A stretch of 64,000 nt of DNA. Origin: Laetmonice hystrix. Taxonomy: Eukaryota. The stretch's first letter is position 1, and each line of letters opens with the position of its first letter. The stretch is from NCBI GenBank assembly GCA_965235115.1, contig OZ249436.1:19532001-19596000 (forward strand), read 5' to 3'. This document shows positions 14,141-27,749 of this stretch, piece by piece. The position numbers were made by a program, and so were the translations under genes. The notes below the pieces were generated by a model. The model was not told where the DNA came from. It did no database searches and worked only from the letters and a program-made list of their open reading frames with translations.

Positions 14141-15444
14141 ACCTATCAGTTTGACCTCCTCAAAGTCTGCCCATGACGTTTACCATCCTCATTCCACTCT
14201 CTACACGTACTGATTCACACTACAGGTCATCCAATTAACAGGTGCCTGCCCCTGGGTTCTTGTTACCTCAATTAAAATCGGAGCCAAGAGTTACTATAGT
14301 GATGAGAGATAATCAACATGTAACAGTTGTCTGAGTGAAATCATCTATTAATAACTGAACGGAAAGTTAGACAGGCGTTCTGGTTTAGTCTTTCGTTTCT
14401 CCGCCTACCTCAATCGTGAGGGATGGCGTGAGAGTGTAAAGACCTGAAAACAAGAGGGTCACCAAAGATGGGAAGAGTACAGAGCCCACAATAACTTCAC
14501 ATCAAGTATAACTGGCATTGATTCCCAATACGAGTGACTCCAGCCCCAGAAGTGCGAGCACCCGTCAGCAGTACGTGGTTAAGACCAGAATAGGCCGATA
14601 GTTCTATCAATACCTGTCGTTGGGCCGGAGTTTCCAGCTTACCGCCTGAGTTAAGTGCAGGGGAAGGGGGGGGGGGGGGCATAGTTGCACTATTTGGAGC
14701 AGCCATCACTCCGCATGCTGTCTTCGGTGTGATGCCAAAATATAACTGTATAAACAGTTGGGAAGCCATCGGCTTTGTGACGTCACGGACCAAGACTGTG
14801 ACGTCACCTACCCGCCATTTATACCGGTGCTACTCTTAATAAATGTACATGAAATGAATAGCACTGAAGTTAATCGAAGAGGCAAAGTAATAATAATAAT
14901 AGAATAGCTCGATAGCACATCTGTGGTCAGTGGTACTAAATAATTCCACTTTCACCATTTTATCTTATCAAGTACATGTAATAAAGTGACCGCCGGACAT
15001 CTCCTGGAAATTTAATATATCCCTGACCCTAAGTAATCCTAATCCCTAGTGTCGACCGCCAGACATCTCCGAAATACTTATCGCTTTCTCTAACTGTGCA
15101 CCTGTATTCGTCGGAGTGTTACTATTGACAAAAACCCTTCAGGGTCAAGGATAGTAGTGACCTTGAAGATTATACACTTCCTCGGTAAAATCGACAAAAT
15201 AAGCCTGGATTCTTGCTTTGTGATATATAGAACTGGTTCAAGGGAAACATCGATTTTCCCGCCCTGAAAATTTAATCAGAAAGAACCAATCTTACCATGC
15301 CTTGTTAATTCCTAACGCTGCAATAATTCCATTGTCCCTTCTGGGAGGCTTCCTTGCTACAAGTACGTGACATTTATAGTAAAGATATCTGATCAATTTT
15401 ACAGATGTGTTCTCTTTCCACATGACATCCACAGACAGCCATAT

Positions 15445-15925
15445 CCAAATCTGGACCCAGGACAAGGTTTGTTAAGTCCGAAATCTGGACCCAGGACAAG
15501 GTTGGTTAAGTCCGAAATCTGGACCCAGGACAAGGTTGGTTAAGTCCGAAATCTGGACCCAGGACAAGGTTGGTTAAGTCCAAAATCTGGACCCAGGACA
15601 AGGTTGGTTAAGTCTGAAATCTGGACCAGGACATGTTTGGTTAAGTCTGAAATCTGTACCCAGGATATGTTTGGCTATAAGTCCGAAATCTGGACCCAGG
15701 ACAAGGTTGGTTAAGTCCGAAATCTGGACCCAGGACAAGGTTGGTTAAGTCCAAAATCTGGACCCAGGACAAGGTTGGTTAAGTCTGAAATCTGGACCAG
15801 GACATGTTTGGTTAAGTCTGAAATCTGTACCCAGGATATGTTTGGCTATAAGTATGAAATCTGTACCCAGGATATGTTTGGCTATAAGTATGAAATCTGT
15901 ACCCAGGACAAGGTTGGTTAAGTCT
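15445..15925. repeat. Minisatellite, ~34-bp unit, ~14 copies, with a duplicated multi-unit block
   Basis: Unit aaatctggacccaggacaaggttggttaagtccg; the variant series (ccaaaa / gaccaggacatg / tgtacc...ggctataag) occurs twice. Confidence 0.95.
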
Positions 15926-16498
15926 ACATAATTTTGATTGACAGGTCGGGTGAACCCTCAGTGGGCAAGCGTTCCGTCTCGAGGTTCCGTTTCGGTAGCC
16001 AGCCTAAAATAGACGGATTATAGACGTTTCCGGGCCTCTGAATTAGATGAGTGTCACTTCACGCCTCGCTGCTCACAACGCTGTCATTAATCTATTTCCA
16101 TGACAACTTCCAGATGAGATTCTGACATTCCTCCTCGCCAGCCAGCACCGGGCCTGTGCTGGTCGGCTGTGGCCGATGACACGGCAAGCACATTACTGGT
16201 GGATTCAAGGGTGGCAGTCTTCTATAAGGATTTATTTGGGAGCTGAAAATTCATTGTGGACTTGTCATGCTTGGATGGTGGTGATAAATATAGCTCTCAG
16301 ACGACAGGGTGTGGAACATGACATCATAGGGGGAACATATTAACCCAATATCACGCAGTCGTCTTTATCTAGGTCTCTTTGTTTAGTCGATATTGTATCT
16401 CGGATAGAAGGTGCGATGCTTCATGCCCTAATATTAGGTTCGAGGCGTAGACGAGAGCTTATTTAGGGTATGAAGCACGAATGTGTGATCGATCATTA

Positions 16499-16676
16499 TT
16501 TGGGCCCAGCCTTATAAAGTTACATTGGGCCCAGCCTTATAAAGTTACATTGGGCCCAGCCTTACAAAGTTATATTGGGTCCAGCCTTATAAAGTTACAT
16601 TGGGCCCAGCCTTATAAAGTTACATTGGGCCAAGCCTTATAAAGTTACATTGGGCCAAGCCTTATAAAGTTACATT
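16499..16676. repeat. Tandem repeat, 25-bp unit, ~7 copies
   Basis: Unit ttgggcccagccttataaagttaca. Confidence 0.95.
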
Positions 16677-17519
16677 AATGTAACTTTTAGCGGTGCACCT
16701 CTCCTATAAAACCACAGTTAGTCACAACTCTCCGATCTGTAATAATAATCTGTAAAAGGGGAATTTTAAGAAACTAAGTTGCCATTGAGACTGAGGTTGT
16801 TTTGAGGATCGTGGATCTTTTTATGTGGATTATTTGAGAACAAAATCACATATTACAATCAGTTAAATATATGGTCACCGTTCCGTTCCTTTCCCTCGTA
16901 ATTCGTCCAAAGATTGCGATTGTGCGGAGAAGAGGGCCTGTCTACGTCTCTGACCGAGGGTGAGAGGGTAAAACCTGGATTGACACCGCTCGTACGGAAC
17001 GGCCCCACGGAGAGCTGTCTGGAATCTCGAATCTCTTACCAGGTTTAAGAGAGTAACAAAAGGATTGATGCCGCACTGACGGAACGGTCCGGCCTCCTTC
17101 TCAATCCCCTCGATGCCATTTGGTTTGGCGTATGGGAAGATCATCATCTAGCACAGTGTTACTATATAAGATCAGGCACAGATAGTGGTTGCCACCCTTG
17201 TGCCGCCAACCAATCTGAAATGATCTGATATTCTGTGTTTGTGTCTGTTCACCAGCCCAGTCAGCAGACAGCCTCCAGTTCTGGCTGGTTAGTGATTCAT
17301 CCTGCCTTTTGGGAATGTGAATGTGGCGTAATCAGATGAAGTCAAGACAAATGTTTTATTTAATCAGGATAGGATCCCTCAGTCGGCCCATCTTCCGGCT
17401 TTCATTACACCGGCACTCTCGACGTTATCACTGCCATTGTTCTGTCCGTGGCCTCATTACATGACATTCTGGGAACGAACGGACTCAGAATGACGGCTTA
17501 GGTTCCAGGAGTCTTTGCT

Positions 17520-19540
17520 TGACTGGATGGAAACACGCCTGACATGACCAAGTCCTTCACGACTTGATGGAAACACTCCCAGTCTAACATGACCAAGTCC
17601 TACACAACTTGATGGAAACACTCCCAGTCTAACATGACCAATTCCTTCACAACTTGATGGAAACACTCGTAGTCTAACATGACCAAGTCCTACACGACTT
17701 GATGGAAACACTCCCAGTCTAACACGACCAAGTCCTACACGACTTGATGGAAACACTCCCAGTCTAACATGACGAAGTCCTACACGACTTGATGGAAACA
17801 CTCCCAGTCTAACATTACCAAGTCCTACATGACTTGATGGAAACACTCCCAGTCTAACATGACCAAGTCATACACGACTTGATGGAAACACTCCCAGTCT
17901 AACATGACCAAGTCATACACGACTTGATGGAAACACTCCCAGTCTAACATTACCAAGTCCTTCACGACTTGATGGAAACACTCCCAGTCTAACATGACCA
18001 AGTCCTACATGACTTGATGGAAACACTCCTAGTCTAACATGACCAAGTCATACACGACTTGATGGAAACACTCCCAGTCTAACATGACCAAGTCATACAC
18101 GACTTGATGGAAACACTCCCAGTCTAACATTACCAAGTCCTTCACGACTTGATGGAAACACTCCCAGTCTAACACGACCAAGTCCTACACGACTTGATGG
18201 AAACATTCGTAGTCTAACATGACCAAGTCCTACATGACTTGATGGAAACACTCCTAGTCTAACATGACCAAGTCATACACGACTGATGGAAACACTCCCA
18301 GTCTAACATGACCAAGTCCTACACGACTTGATGGAAACACTCCCAGTCTAACGTGACCAAGTCCTACATGACTTGATGGAAACACTCCCAGTCTAACATG
18401 ACCAATTCCTACACAACTTGATGGAAACACTCCTAGTCTAACATGACCAAGTCATACACAACTTGATGGAAACACTCCCAGTCTAACATGACCAAGTCCT
18501 ACACGACTTGATGGAAACACTCCCAGTCTAACATGACCAAGTCATACACGACTTGATGGAAACACTCCTAGTCTAACATGACCAAGTCCTACACGACTTG
18601 ATGGAAACATTCGTAGTCTAACATGACCAAGTCCTACATGACTTGATGGAAACACTCCTAGTCTAACATGACCAAGTCATACACGACTGATGGAAACACT
18701 CCCAGTCTAACATGACCAAGTCCTACACGACTTGATGGAAACACTCCCAGTCTAACATGACCAAGTCCTACACGACTTGATGGAAACACTCCCAGTCTAA
18801 CGTGACCAAGTCATACACGACTTGATGGAAACACTCCCAGTCTAACGTGACCAAGTCATACACGACTTGATGGAAACACTCCCAGTCTAACATGACCAAG
18901 TCATACACGACTGATGGAAACACTCCCAGTCTAACATGACCAAGTCATACACGACTGATGGAAACACTCCCAGTCTAACATGACCAAGTCCTACACGACT
19001 TGATGGAAACACTCCCAGTCTAACGTGACCAAGTCATACACGACTTGATGGAAACACTCCCAGTCTAACATGACCAAGTCATACACGACTGATGGAAACA
19101 CTCCTAGTCTAACATGACCAAGTCCTACATGACTTGATGGAAACACTCCTAGTCTAACATGACCAAGTCCTACACGACTTGATGGAAACACTCCCAGTCT
19201 AACATGACCAAGTCCTACACGACTTGATGGAAACACTCCCAGTCTAACATGACCAAGTCATACACGACTTGATGGAAACACTCCCAGTCTAACATTACCA
19301 AGTCCTTCACGACTTGATGGAAACACTCCCAGTCTAACACGACCAAGTCCTACACGACTTGATGGAAACACTCCTAGTCTAACATGACCAAGTCATACAC
19401 GACTGATGGAAACACTTCTAGTCTAACATGACCTAGTCCTAGACGACTTGATGGAAACACTCCTAGTCTAACATGACCAAGTCATACACGACTTGATGGA
19501 AACACTCCTAGTCTAACTTGACCAAGTCTAACATGACTGC
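17520..19540. repeat. Minisatellite, 45-bp unit, ~45 copies
   Basis: Unit gacttgatggaaacactcccagtctaacatgaccaagtcctacac, with some 44-bp units. Confidence 0.98.
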
Positions 19541-19573
19541 TCCATTCCTACATTCACAGTTCTACCAGCATTG

Positions 19574-19608
19574 CGACACGGCGTAAAACCACCATTACTC
19601 ACTCACTC
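19574..19608 (+). mobile_element. 3'-terminal remnant of an I-group LINE or partner SINE with (ACTC)n tail
   Basis: cgacacggcgtaaaaccaccattactcactcactc nearly matches the reverse complement of the LINE 3' end at 62734-62772. Confidence 0.7.
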
Positions 19609-20779
19609 TATCACCAGTGTTGGGCCTAGTGTCTGTCTGTGTCTGAGGTGTAGATTTCCCGGTTCTAGTACCATCGTAAGTTAAGTTTCCGAGGTACATC
19701 AGTCTAGTCCTTCGAGTGTAAAATGATCCCTCTACCAACACCAGGCTACAATGGAGTGTCCTTTCCTCCACTTTTCCACAAAACTATGTCGTATATCGTG
19801 AAACTCATTTGCCAGAAGATTGCCCTGTTTCGCTTTGATTGCTACATCTTCTGAGAACCACTTCAGATGGTGGTGGTGGTGTCTAGACTGGAGAAACGGC
19901 ACCACGAGACGGTCATATGTCTAATCTATAATATTACATCTCAAGGTGACTTTCATATGGAGTAAAGGACCTTCAAGGAAAATGTCTTTTCATAAAACTC
20001 GGCGACCTATGATAACGAAGGTGGTGGTAGCGATGAAGATTAAACTCGCCCATGGAGATGTCTGGTAATTAGATGACAGCCACTGTCACACTTGTGACCC
20101 GAAAAGACCAGCAGAAAGAGCATCAATAGACCGAATGTGGAGATTGATCGTTTATTGAACCCCTCCCTCCCCACTGCAACCATACAGACTTGCTCAGAGT
20201 TCTGAATCAAACCACTCAACGTGGCGGTGGCCTTGAGACCACCATTTGATGAGCATTGATTTCAGACCTTAAGCCAATTCTGTTAGACCTGTGAAGCGCC
20301 AATTCCGTATAACTGCTTAGTTAGTACTTCACCGTCCGTCGATAAAAGTCCATGTGGGCGATGCTGGAGCAGGTTGTCCGGTTACTTTACAGGTTTAATC
20401 AATAGGGCAGGTACTGGTTTCCCATTTAGGGTGTTACTACTGAAGGTCTTTGGATTTTACCCTTCATACCCCGACCTCTGGTCATGGCGGCCTCGGTGGA
20501 CGCTGAGCTTAGCGTCCCAGAGGGATCGGATCGATGAGGGAAGGGGAGGGGGGTCGGGATTGAACTGGGTTCCGATCACTGGGGAAGGGAGGGGGTGAAG
20601 CGGGGGGAAGAGGAAGGGAGGGGTGACACTAGGGGTCGACACTGTATGCTGCAGCGCCACCGACAGAAAAACTCGTCTAAACTGATCAGTCTATAAATTA
20701 TACAAAGCTGGATGGTAGAGAGGACCTGGTCAATAATAACGAACACTGAAAGAAGATAGAGAAATACGGCAGCAACTGC

Positions 20780-20810
20780 GAGAAGAAGAAGAAGAAAAAG
20801 AAGAAGAAGA
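20780..20810. repeat. (AGA)n microsatellite
   Basis: Seen directly. Confidence 0.85.
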
Positions 20811-21128
20811 TATTGAATGAATCCATGTCCAAAAGAGACACAATGTATACCAAACCCCAGCGTCAGCATACTAAACGTGTATATTTCACATTATTAGTGC
20901 ATAATGCATGGAACCGAACACATGACCACCGCTGACGTCCACAGATTTCCCACAGTATTCCAGCCGATGTTTTTTTAGACCGCCGATTTCAAAAGTTCAA
21001 ACGATTTTTTCGCCCAATGGCCATGTCCATAGACAAATATCACGCGGTCGATTTTTGTATTCTCCAGCATGCACGATCCCCCTAATCGACCGTGTCATTT
21101 CTCCGTACGGAAATATAGATTTCAATCA

Positions 21129-21580
21129 ATGTCCTCGTGTGAGTACGTACGGAAAAACACACGCTCCGCGCGGAATCAATGTCCTCGTGTGAGTACGTAC
21201 GGAAAAACACACGCTCCGCGCGGATACCATGTCGTCGTGTGAGTACGTACGGAAAAACACACGCTCCGCGCAGATACCATGTCGTCGTGTGAGTACGTAC
21301 AGAAAAACACACGCTCCGCACGGATACCATGTCCTCGTGTGAGTGTACGGAAAAACACACGCTCCGCACGAATACCATGTCCTCGTGTGAGTACGTACAG
21401 AAAAACACACGCTCTGCGCGGATACCATGTCCTCGTGTGAGTACGTACAGAAAAACACACGCTCCGCGCGGATACCATGTCCTCGTGTGAGTACGTACAG
21501 AAAAACACACGCTCCGTGCGGATACCATGTCCTCGTGTGAGTACGTACAGAAAAACACACGCTCCGTGCGGATACCATGT
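21129..21580. repeat. Tandem repeat, ~50-bp unit, ~9 copies
   Basis: Unit atgtcctcgtgtgagtacgtacggaaaaacacacgctccgcgcggatacc. Confidence 0.95.
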
Positions 21581-22258
21581 TCACGGTACCATGTCCACGG
21601 AGACATGTTTGTTTGTTCTTGTAAGCAGGCCGAGGTGATCTGTGGTTTAATGTGTACACAGTGCCAGAGGCGCCGGAACCAGGGGGACTGCTCGGGCCAT
21701 GCACTCCCCACTTTTCCGAAAATCCCGATTTACACAATTCAAAAATTTGTTACATTTAATTTGAAATCATCGTAAACCCACAACAGCCAGGTTCCCTTTC
21801 CAAGGCTGGTGGCCCACTCACTTTTCAAATCGTTCCGGCTTGGTTAGCCATATCTCCATGGGTACTGGGTATAGGCCTATACCAGGGTCCATCAAATACA
21901 GCTACTTAATAGCTGGTTCACAGACAATTGATTCGTGATAGAAAGAAACACGAATTCAGACTCCTTTTAACAGTTATTCGTGCCCCCCCCCCGTCCCGAA
22001 CGTACAGGACATCGCTAGATGTTCCTTGCCGATGTTGCTTTAAGAATTTTTAATGAATGAATGTCAACATTTCGTATCCTCAGTCCAGTCGTGTCTGTCG
22101 GGTATGTGCTACGTGTGTGTAGCCAGCCCGAACCCCCCGAACCCCCGCTGGTAAAACCCATGGGCTATGTAAACGGATGGGCTGCAGTCTAATCGACCGA
22201 TCGGCTGCAGTCTAATCGACTGATCGATTGAAGTCTGATCGACTGATCGAACCGGATT

Positions 22259-23432
22259 CTACCGGATCCTTACCTTAGGGGGAGGGCAGTCTCCTACCGG
22301 ATCCTTACCTGAGGGAGGGGGAGGGGAGTCTCCTACCGGATCCTTACCTGAGGGAGGGGGAGGGGAGTCTCCTACCGGATCCTTACCTGAGGAAGGGGGA
22401 GGGGAGTCTCCTACCGGATCCTTACCTGAGGGAAGGGGAGGGAAGTCTCCTACCGGATCCTTACCTGAGGGAGGGGGAGGGGAGTCTCCTACAGGATCCT
22501 TACCTGAGGGAGGGGGAGGGGAGTCTCCTACCGGATCCTTACCTGAGGGAGGGGGAGGGGAGTCTCCTACCGGATCCTTACCTGAGGAAGGGGGAGGGGA
22601 GTCTCCTACCGGATCCTTACCTGAGGGAAGGGGAGGGAAGTCTCCTACCGGATCCTTACCTGAGGGAGGGGGAGGGGAGTCTCCTAACTGATCCTTACCT
22701 GAGGGAGGGGGAGGGAAGTCTCCTACCGGATCCTTACCTGAGGGAAGGGGAGGGAAGTCTCCTACCGGATCCTTACCTGAGGGAGGGAGAGGGGAGTCTT
22801 CTACCGGATCCTTACCTGAGGGAGGGGGAGGAGAGCCTCCTTCCGGATCCTTACCTGAGGGAGGGGGAGGGGAGTCTCCTACCGGATCCTTATCTGAGGG
22901 AGGGGGAGGAGGAGGGGGGGGGGTCTCCTACCGGATCCTTACCTGAGGGAAGGGGAGGGGAGTCTCCTACCGGATCCTTACCTGAGGGAGGGGAGGGGAG
23001 TCTCCTACCGGATCCTTACCTGAGGGAGGGGGAGGGGAGTCTCCTACCGGATCCTTACCTGAGGGAGGGGGAGGGGAGTCTCCTACCGGATCCTTACCTG
23101 AGGGAGGGGGAGGGGAGTCCCCTACCGGATCCTTACCTGAGGGAGGGGGAGGGGAGTCTCCTACCGGATCCTTACCTAAGGGAGGGGGAGGGGAGTCTCC
23201 TACCGGATCCTTACCTGAGGGAGGGGGGGGGGGGAGTCTCCTACCGGATCCTTACCTAAGGGAGGGGGAGGGGAGTCTCCTACCGGATCCTTACCTGAGT
23301 GAGGGGGAGGGGAGTCTCCTACCGGATTCTTACCTGAGGGAGGGGGAGGGGAGTCTCCTACCGGATCCTTACCTGAGGGAGGGAGGGGGAGTCTCCTACC
23401 GGTTTCTTACCTGAGGGAGGGGGAGGGAGTCT
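22259..23432. repeat. Minisatellite, 39-bp unit, ~30 copies; G-rich on plus, YnCAG|GTAAG on minus
   Basis: Unit ctaccggatccttacctgagggagggggaggggagtctc; period 39 (22291, 22330). Confidence 0.97.
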
Positions 23433-24567
23433 CCGACATATCCGAGAAAAATGACGAAGGATGCCATCTCTTCCATAGTTCTACAACTTTTCCTACCGTA
23501 GCTAGCAAATGTTTTACGCTGTACTAAAACATGGCGGTGTAATCTTCTTCGTTTTGTTTGTGAATTTGACATTCTAAACATTAGAGCTGTGAACCAGGAG
23601 TCAGAACATTAACTTTATACGGTTGATTTAGGTTGATTTTGACCGAGGCTTACAATTATTACACAGGGGAACAGATAGTGGCATATTTACGAGAATATGT
23701 ATTTGTTTTAGGATTTAAATACACACAGGCTTTTTGTCTTCTTCTGTCGACCGTACAATTACTTTTTGTCGCTTTTGTATATTTGTCAAGCCGGTCGTTT
23801 TGCCCCATGCAATCCCACGGGAGGGGAGACTAATCTATAAATAGCTCCCTCCCACTGGTGTCATATTTATCATCAAGCTTGACTTTGATGTGGTAAGATG
23901 AGATTTCTCCGTCTCCTAGTAATTACATCCACTCATGGCTAGGAAGTGTTTCAGTGCAGCCTCAGCATGGGATTTCTTTTGCGTGGACACCTTATGTACC
24001 AACAGTCCAATCAAAGAATGCGAACATTCTGGGAACATTTAGAATGGACCAGTGTAAAATTACTTTAGGGGGAAAAACAATAAATTTAGTTTCAATAACC
24101 CTCCCGTAAATAGGAAAAGCGAGTTTTTCTGCCATATTTGAAATGGATGAAAGGAGTAATGCCTATGTTTCTATCATTTGAGAACCCAGCTTGGGGGAGC
24201 ATGACTGTCAGTCTCAGAGCCGAGAGATACGGGTTTTCATCTTCCATCTCACAGGCTCTGTGCAGCCGCCATCATGGAGGAGTCTGTGAGATAAAAGGTC
24301 GGCCCGTTAACGGTGGAACCTGGGCCATCAGAGCGGCGGGCGGCGGGTAGCAACATTTCGGGTGGGAGCAATACTACAATACCGCTCAGTCATGCACAAT
24401 GTAGGACTATTAATAGGCTTATACATTATAATTAATAGACAAAGATAAAGTGGACTTTCAAAATTGATCTCCGAAGATAAAATAGTTGTTTCTCGGTTCA
24501 GAATCTTTATTTTAAACCTGTTTCTACTAGTATTTAATCATGATAACTGTGTGCATACTTTTTTTTA

Positions 24568-25455
24568 CTCCATCCACATTTAGCGGGGGGTATCCATGGA
24601 CCGGAGTTTACATCCCGCCGATACCTTATGCACTCCATCCACATTTAGCGGGGGGTATCCCTAGACGGGAGTTTACATCCCGCCGATACCTTATCCATCC
24701 ACATTTAGCGGGGGGTATCCCTAGACGGGAGTTTACATCCCGCCGATACGTTATGCACTCCATCCACATTTAGCGGGGGGTATCCACGGACCGGAGTTTA
24801 CATCCCGCCGATACCTTATGCACTCCATCCACATTTAGCGGGGGGTATCCCTAGACCGGAGTTTACATCCCGCCGATACCTTATGCACTCCATCCACATT
24901 TAGCGGGGGGTATCCCTAGACCGGAGTTTACATCCCACCGATACCTTATGCACTCCATCCACATTTAGCGGGGGGTATCCACGGACCGGAGTTTACATCC
25001 CGCCGATACCTTATGCACTCCATCCACATTTAGCGGGGGGATCCCTAGACCGGAGTTTACATCCCGCCGATACCTTATGCACTCCATCCACATTTAGCGG
25101 GGGGTATCCACGGACCGGAGTTTACATCCCGCCGATACCTTATGCACTCCATCCACATTTAGCGGGGGGTATCCCTAGACGGGAGTTTACATCCCGCCGA
25201 TACCTTATGCACTCCATCCACATTTAGCGGGGGGTATCCCTAGACCGGAGTTTACATCCCGCCGATACCTTATGCACTCCATCCACATTTAGCGGGGGGT
25301 ATCCCTAGACCGGAGTTTACATCCCGCCGATACCTTATGCACTCCATCCACATTTAGCGGGGGGTATCCATGGACCGGAGTTTACATCCCGCCGATACCT
25401 TATCCATCCACATTTAGCGGGGGGTATCCCTAGACCGGAGTTTACACCCCGCCGA
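24568..25455. repeat. Minisatellite, ~64-65-bp unit, ~14 copies
   Basis: Unit actccatccacatttagcggggggtatccctagaccggagtttacatcccgccgataccttatgc. Confidence 0.96.
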
Positions 25456-27749
25456 ATGGGTGTACAGTGAACGTAGATGGGCTTTATTTCAGTGGGGTGC
25501 TATTATAAAATCCTTTTATGTTCCCTTAATTAGTAATTTAATACACATAATTAAAACATTTTTTAAAACGTGTACGACATACCGATACTCTGGTTGCCAT
25601 CAAACTCTCATTAGAGAAAGGCTCGCAGTACACGTAGCTCACTCGGCATGATCTTCCAAACCAAACAGTTTCTTAGTGTTCAATGCCGCAATTAGGACCA
25701 AATCTCATAACTCAAATGTCATAGACTATTCTAATTGGTGCAATAACATGTCAGGTTTTGGACTGTCAAACACGCCTGTGGTCGTCAGTTTGGAGCAGTC
25801 ATTCATTGACTATCCGGACACGCCATTTAATTACCTATTAGAACATTCAAACAAGGTCTATGATATTTTGTCTCCATCAAATTCTATGGATGTCTATGTG
25901 GTCTTTATATCGGAACCACAGAGCTGGAATTTTATCAATCTCTAGAGTTGGCTTCTCGGAGGTCGATAAAAGTGGCATACTGCTGCTCACGTATAGATAC
26001 CTAGAAAATTTAATACTAAACATCGGTGAATAAATAGAAATTGTAAAAACTGGAAATTGGATATAGTTGGATTAAAAGGACCAGCGAGTTGTACATTATC
26101 TGTCCCTTTTGTCTGTGATTCCTGAGGCAATCATCAATTCCAGAAATAACCACATTTATAAGGTCACTGGAAGTGATACTAGGAGTTGCTCCAGTGTGAA
26201 ACTCCTGCACGACAACGTGTGGAACATCGAGTGGTTCAAATTACATCATTAACGGATTGTCTTCAGAACAAAATTATTGGCGTGTATTTTAGGGGAGAGT
26301 TAGCCATCCCCCTTTGGGGCTTCATGCATAGATAATATGGTTTTAGGGCAGTGCTGGCCGTCACAAAAGGTCATGCTCTCTCCATTGAATGAGCTCATTA
26401 ATGATCTTCTAAATACTATCGAGGCCCCACAGATCCAGCCTTAATGATAGAAGCTTGTTATAGCGATGGCAGGTTATGAGCTCTCCGAGGATATCATAGT
26501 TTGTGATACCCATATCATGGCTGCTGGTAGAATTAACTATGTTTCAGATGCACTCAAAAAGAAATGTCTACAGGGCATGACCTTACCTAAAGTACAATGT
26601 AGTTAACAATAGCTCAAGTGTAAATACAGATTGAGCTCGGAGTACTGAGTCAATGTTAGTAGATCTCAGCAGTAATAATTTGTAAACTTACACAAAGGTT
26701 TCCTCTTGTAGTATGTCAGACACTGCTTATTAATACGGCAGCTGTCGAAACAGATGGTAATTAATATCGAAGCTGCTGAAGCAGATGGTAATTAATCTTT
26801 CACACGAGTCGGAAGAGGAAACTACAGGACCTCTTACATAACATTACTAATCCTTTTACATCCTGGCTGCAGGTCAGTCTATAGTGTTAGAACAGGTTCA
26901 TTCGAAGTATTTTATTCCGTGTATGTCCTCATTAAACGCCAGTATTTATGGAGATAAATTAAAGTTTTGCTAATCGGCCTCATAATGCGGCGGTGTATGT
27001 TAGATACGAGAATGTGTTAGTCCCTTAAGGAAACCCAGTTAAATGTGGATCTATCTGTCATTGAAAGCGGGGCAGTGATCGCACATATCAACGAAATCTA
27101 AAATACAACTATCATTTCTAAATCATAGAAATTGGGCAAATGAATTATACGTTGTCATCATTACCCCAAACATTATGCTGTAAATCGGTGGCAATAACTT
27201 AGTGAATGTTTACAACGCCTGATCCAGTGTAGTCCCTTCCATTGTTTACTTTCTGAAATATCCCCCTTTTCTCAGATCTACGATCCACTGCAGACAAAGT
27301 CAAAGTGTTCACCAAAAATATTCAGGTAGAGGGAGGCGGATTCAGGGATTTTTAGGGGGTTAGAGGGGGCTAACCATTGGGTAAAGCGATGACACTCGGT
27401 ACAAGGGTTCTCCCCGTGCTATTGAGAACATTGTCCATATTATCATAGAACATAGAGGGTTTAGTCCCCTCGTATTCAACACTGATACACCTACCCTATA
27501 GCCCTTTCTGATTCAGGTGGAATTAACGTCAAACCTCATAATTATACTATATGGATTGATGCAAGTTGAACAAATGTGTAGTGTAGGTTCCCAAAATACT
27601 CAAGCCAGTCCTATTAAAACATGTCCTAGATCCAGTCCCCGGTAAGATACGAGGCTGAATCAGTCTATCTAAGCATGTTGATTGAAACCGTCAAACCATG
27701 GGCATGGTAACTTCGTACCTTGGCATGGAGAAGTATCTGTTGACCTAAC

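Noticed and set aside
13675..14213. Two open frames across the 33-bp array (DEVKDPLSIVV / TKLKTLSVLLW)
   Set aside because: Expected for a unit length divisible by 3. The starts are GTG/TTG and no domain is recognisable.
25676..26600. Possible decayed transposase or other coding remnant
   Set aside because: Only short broken ORFs with no motif I can name; a BLASTX would be needed.
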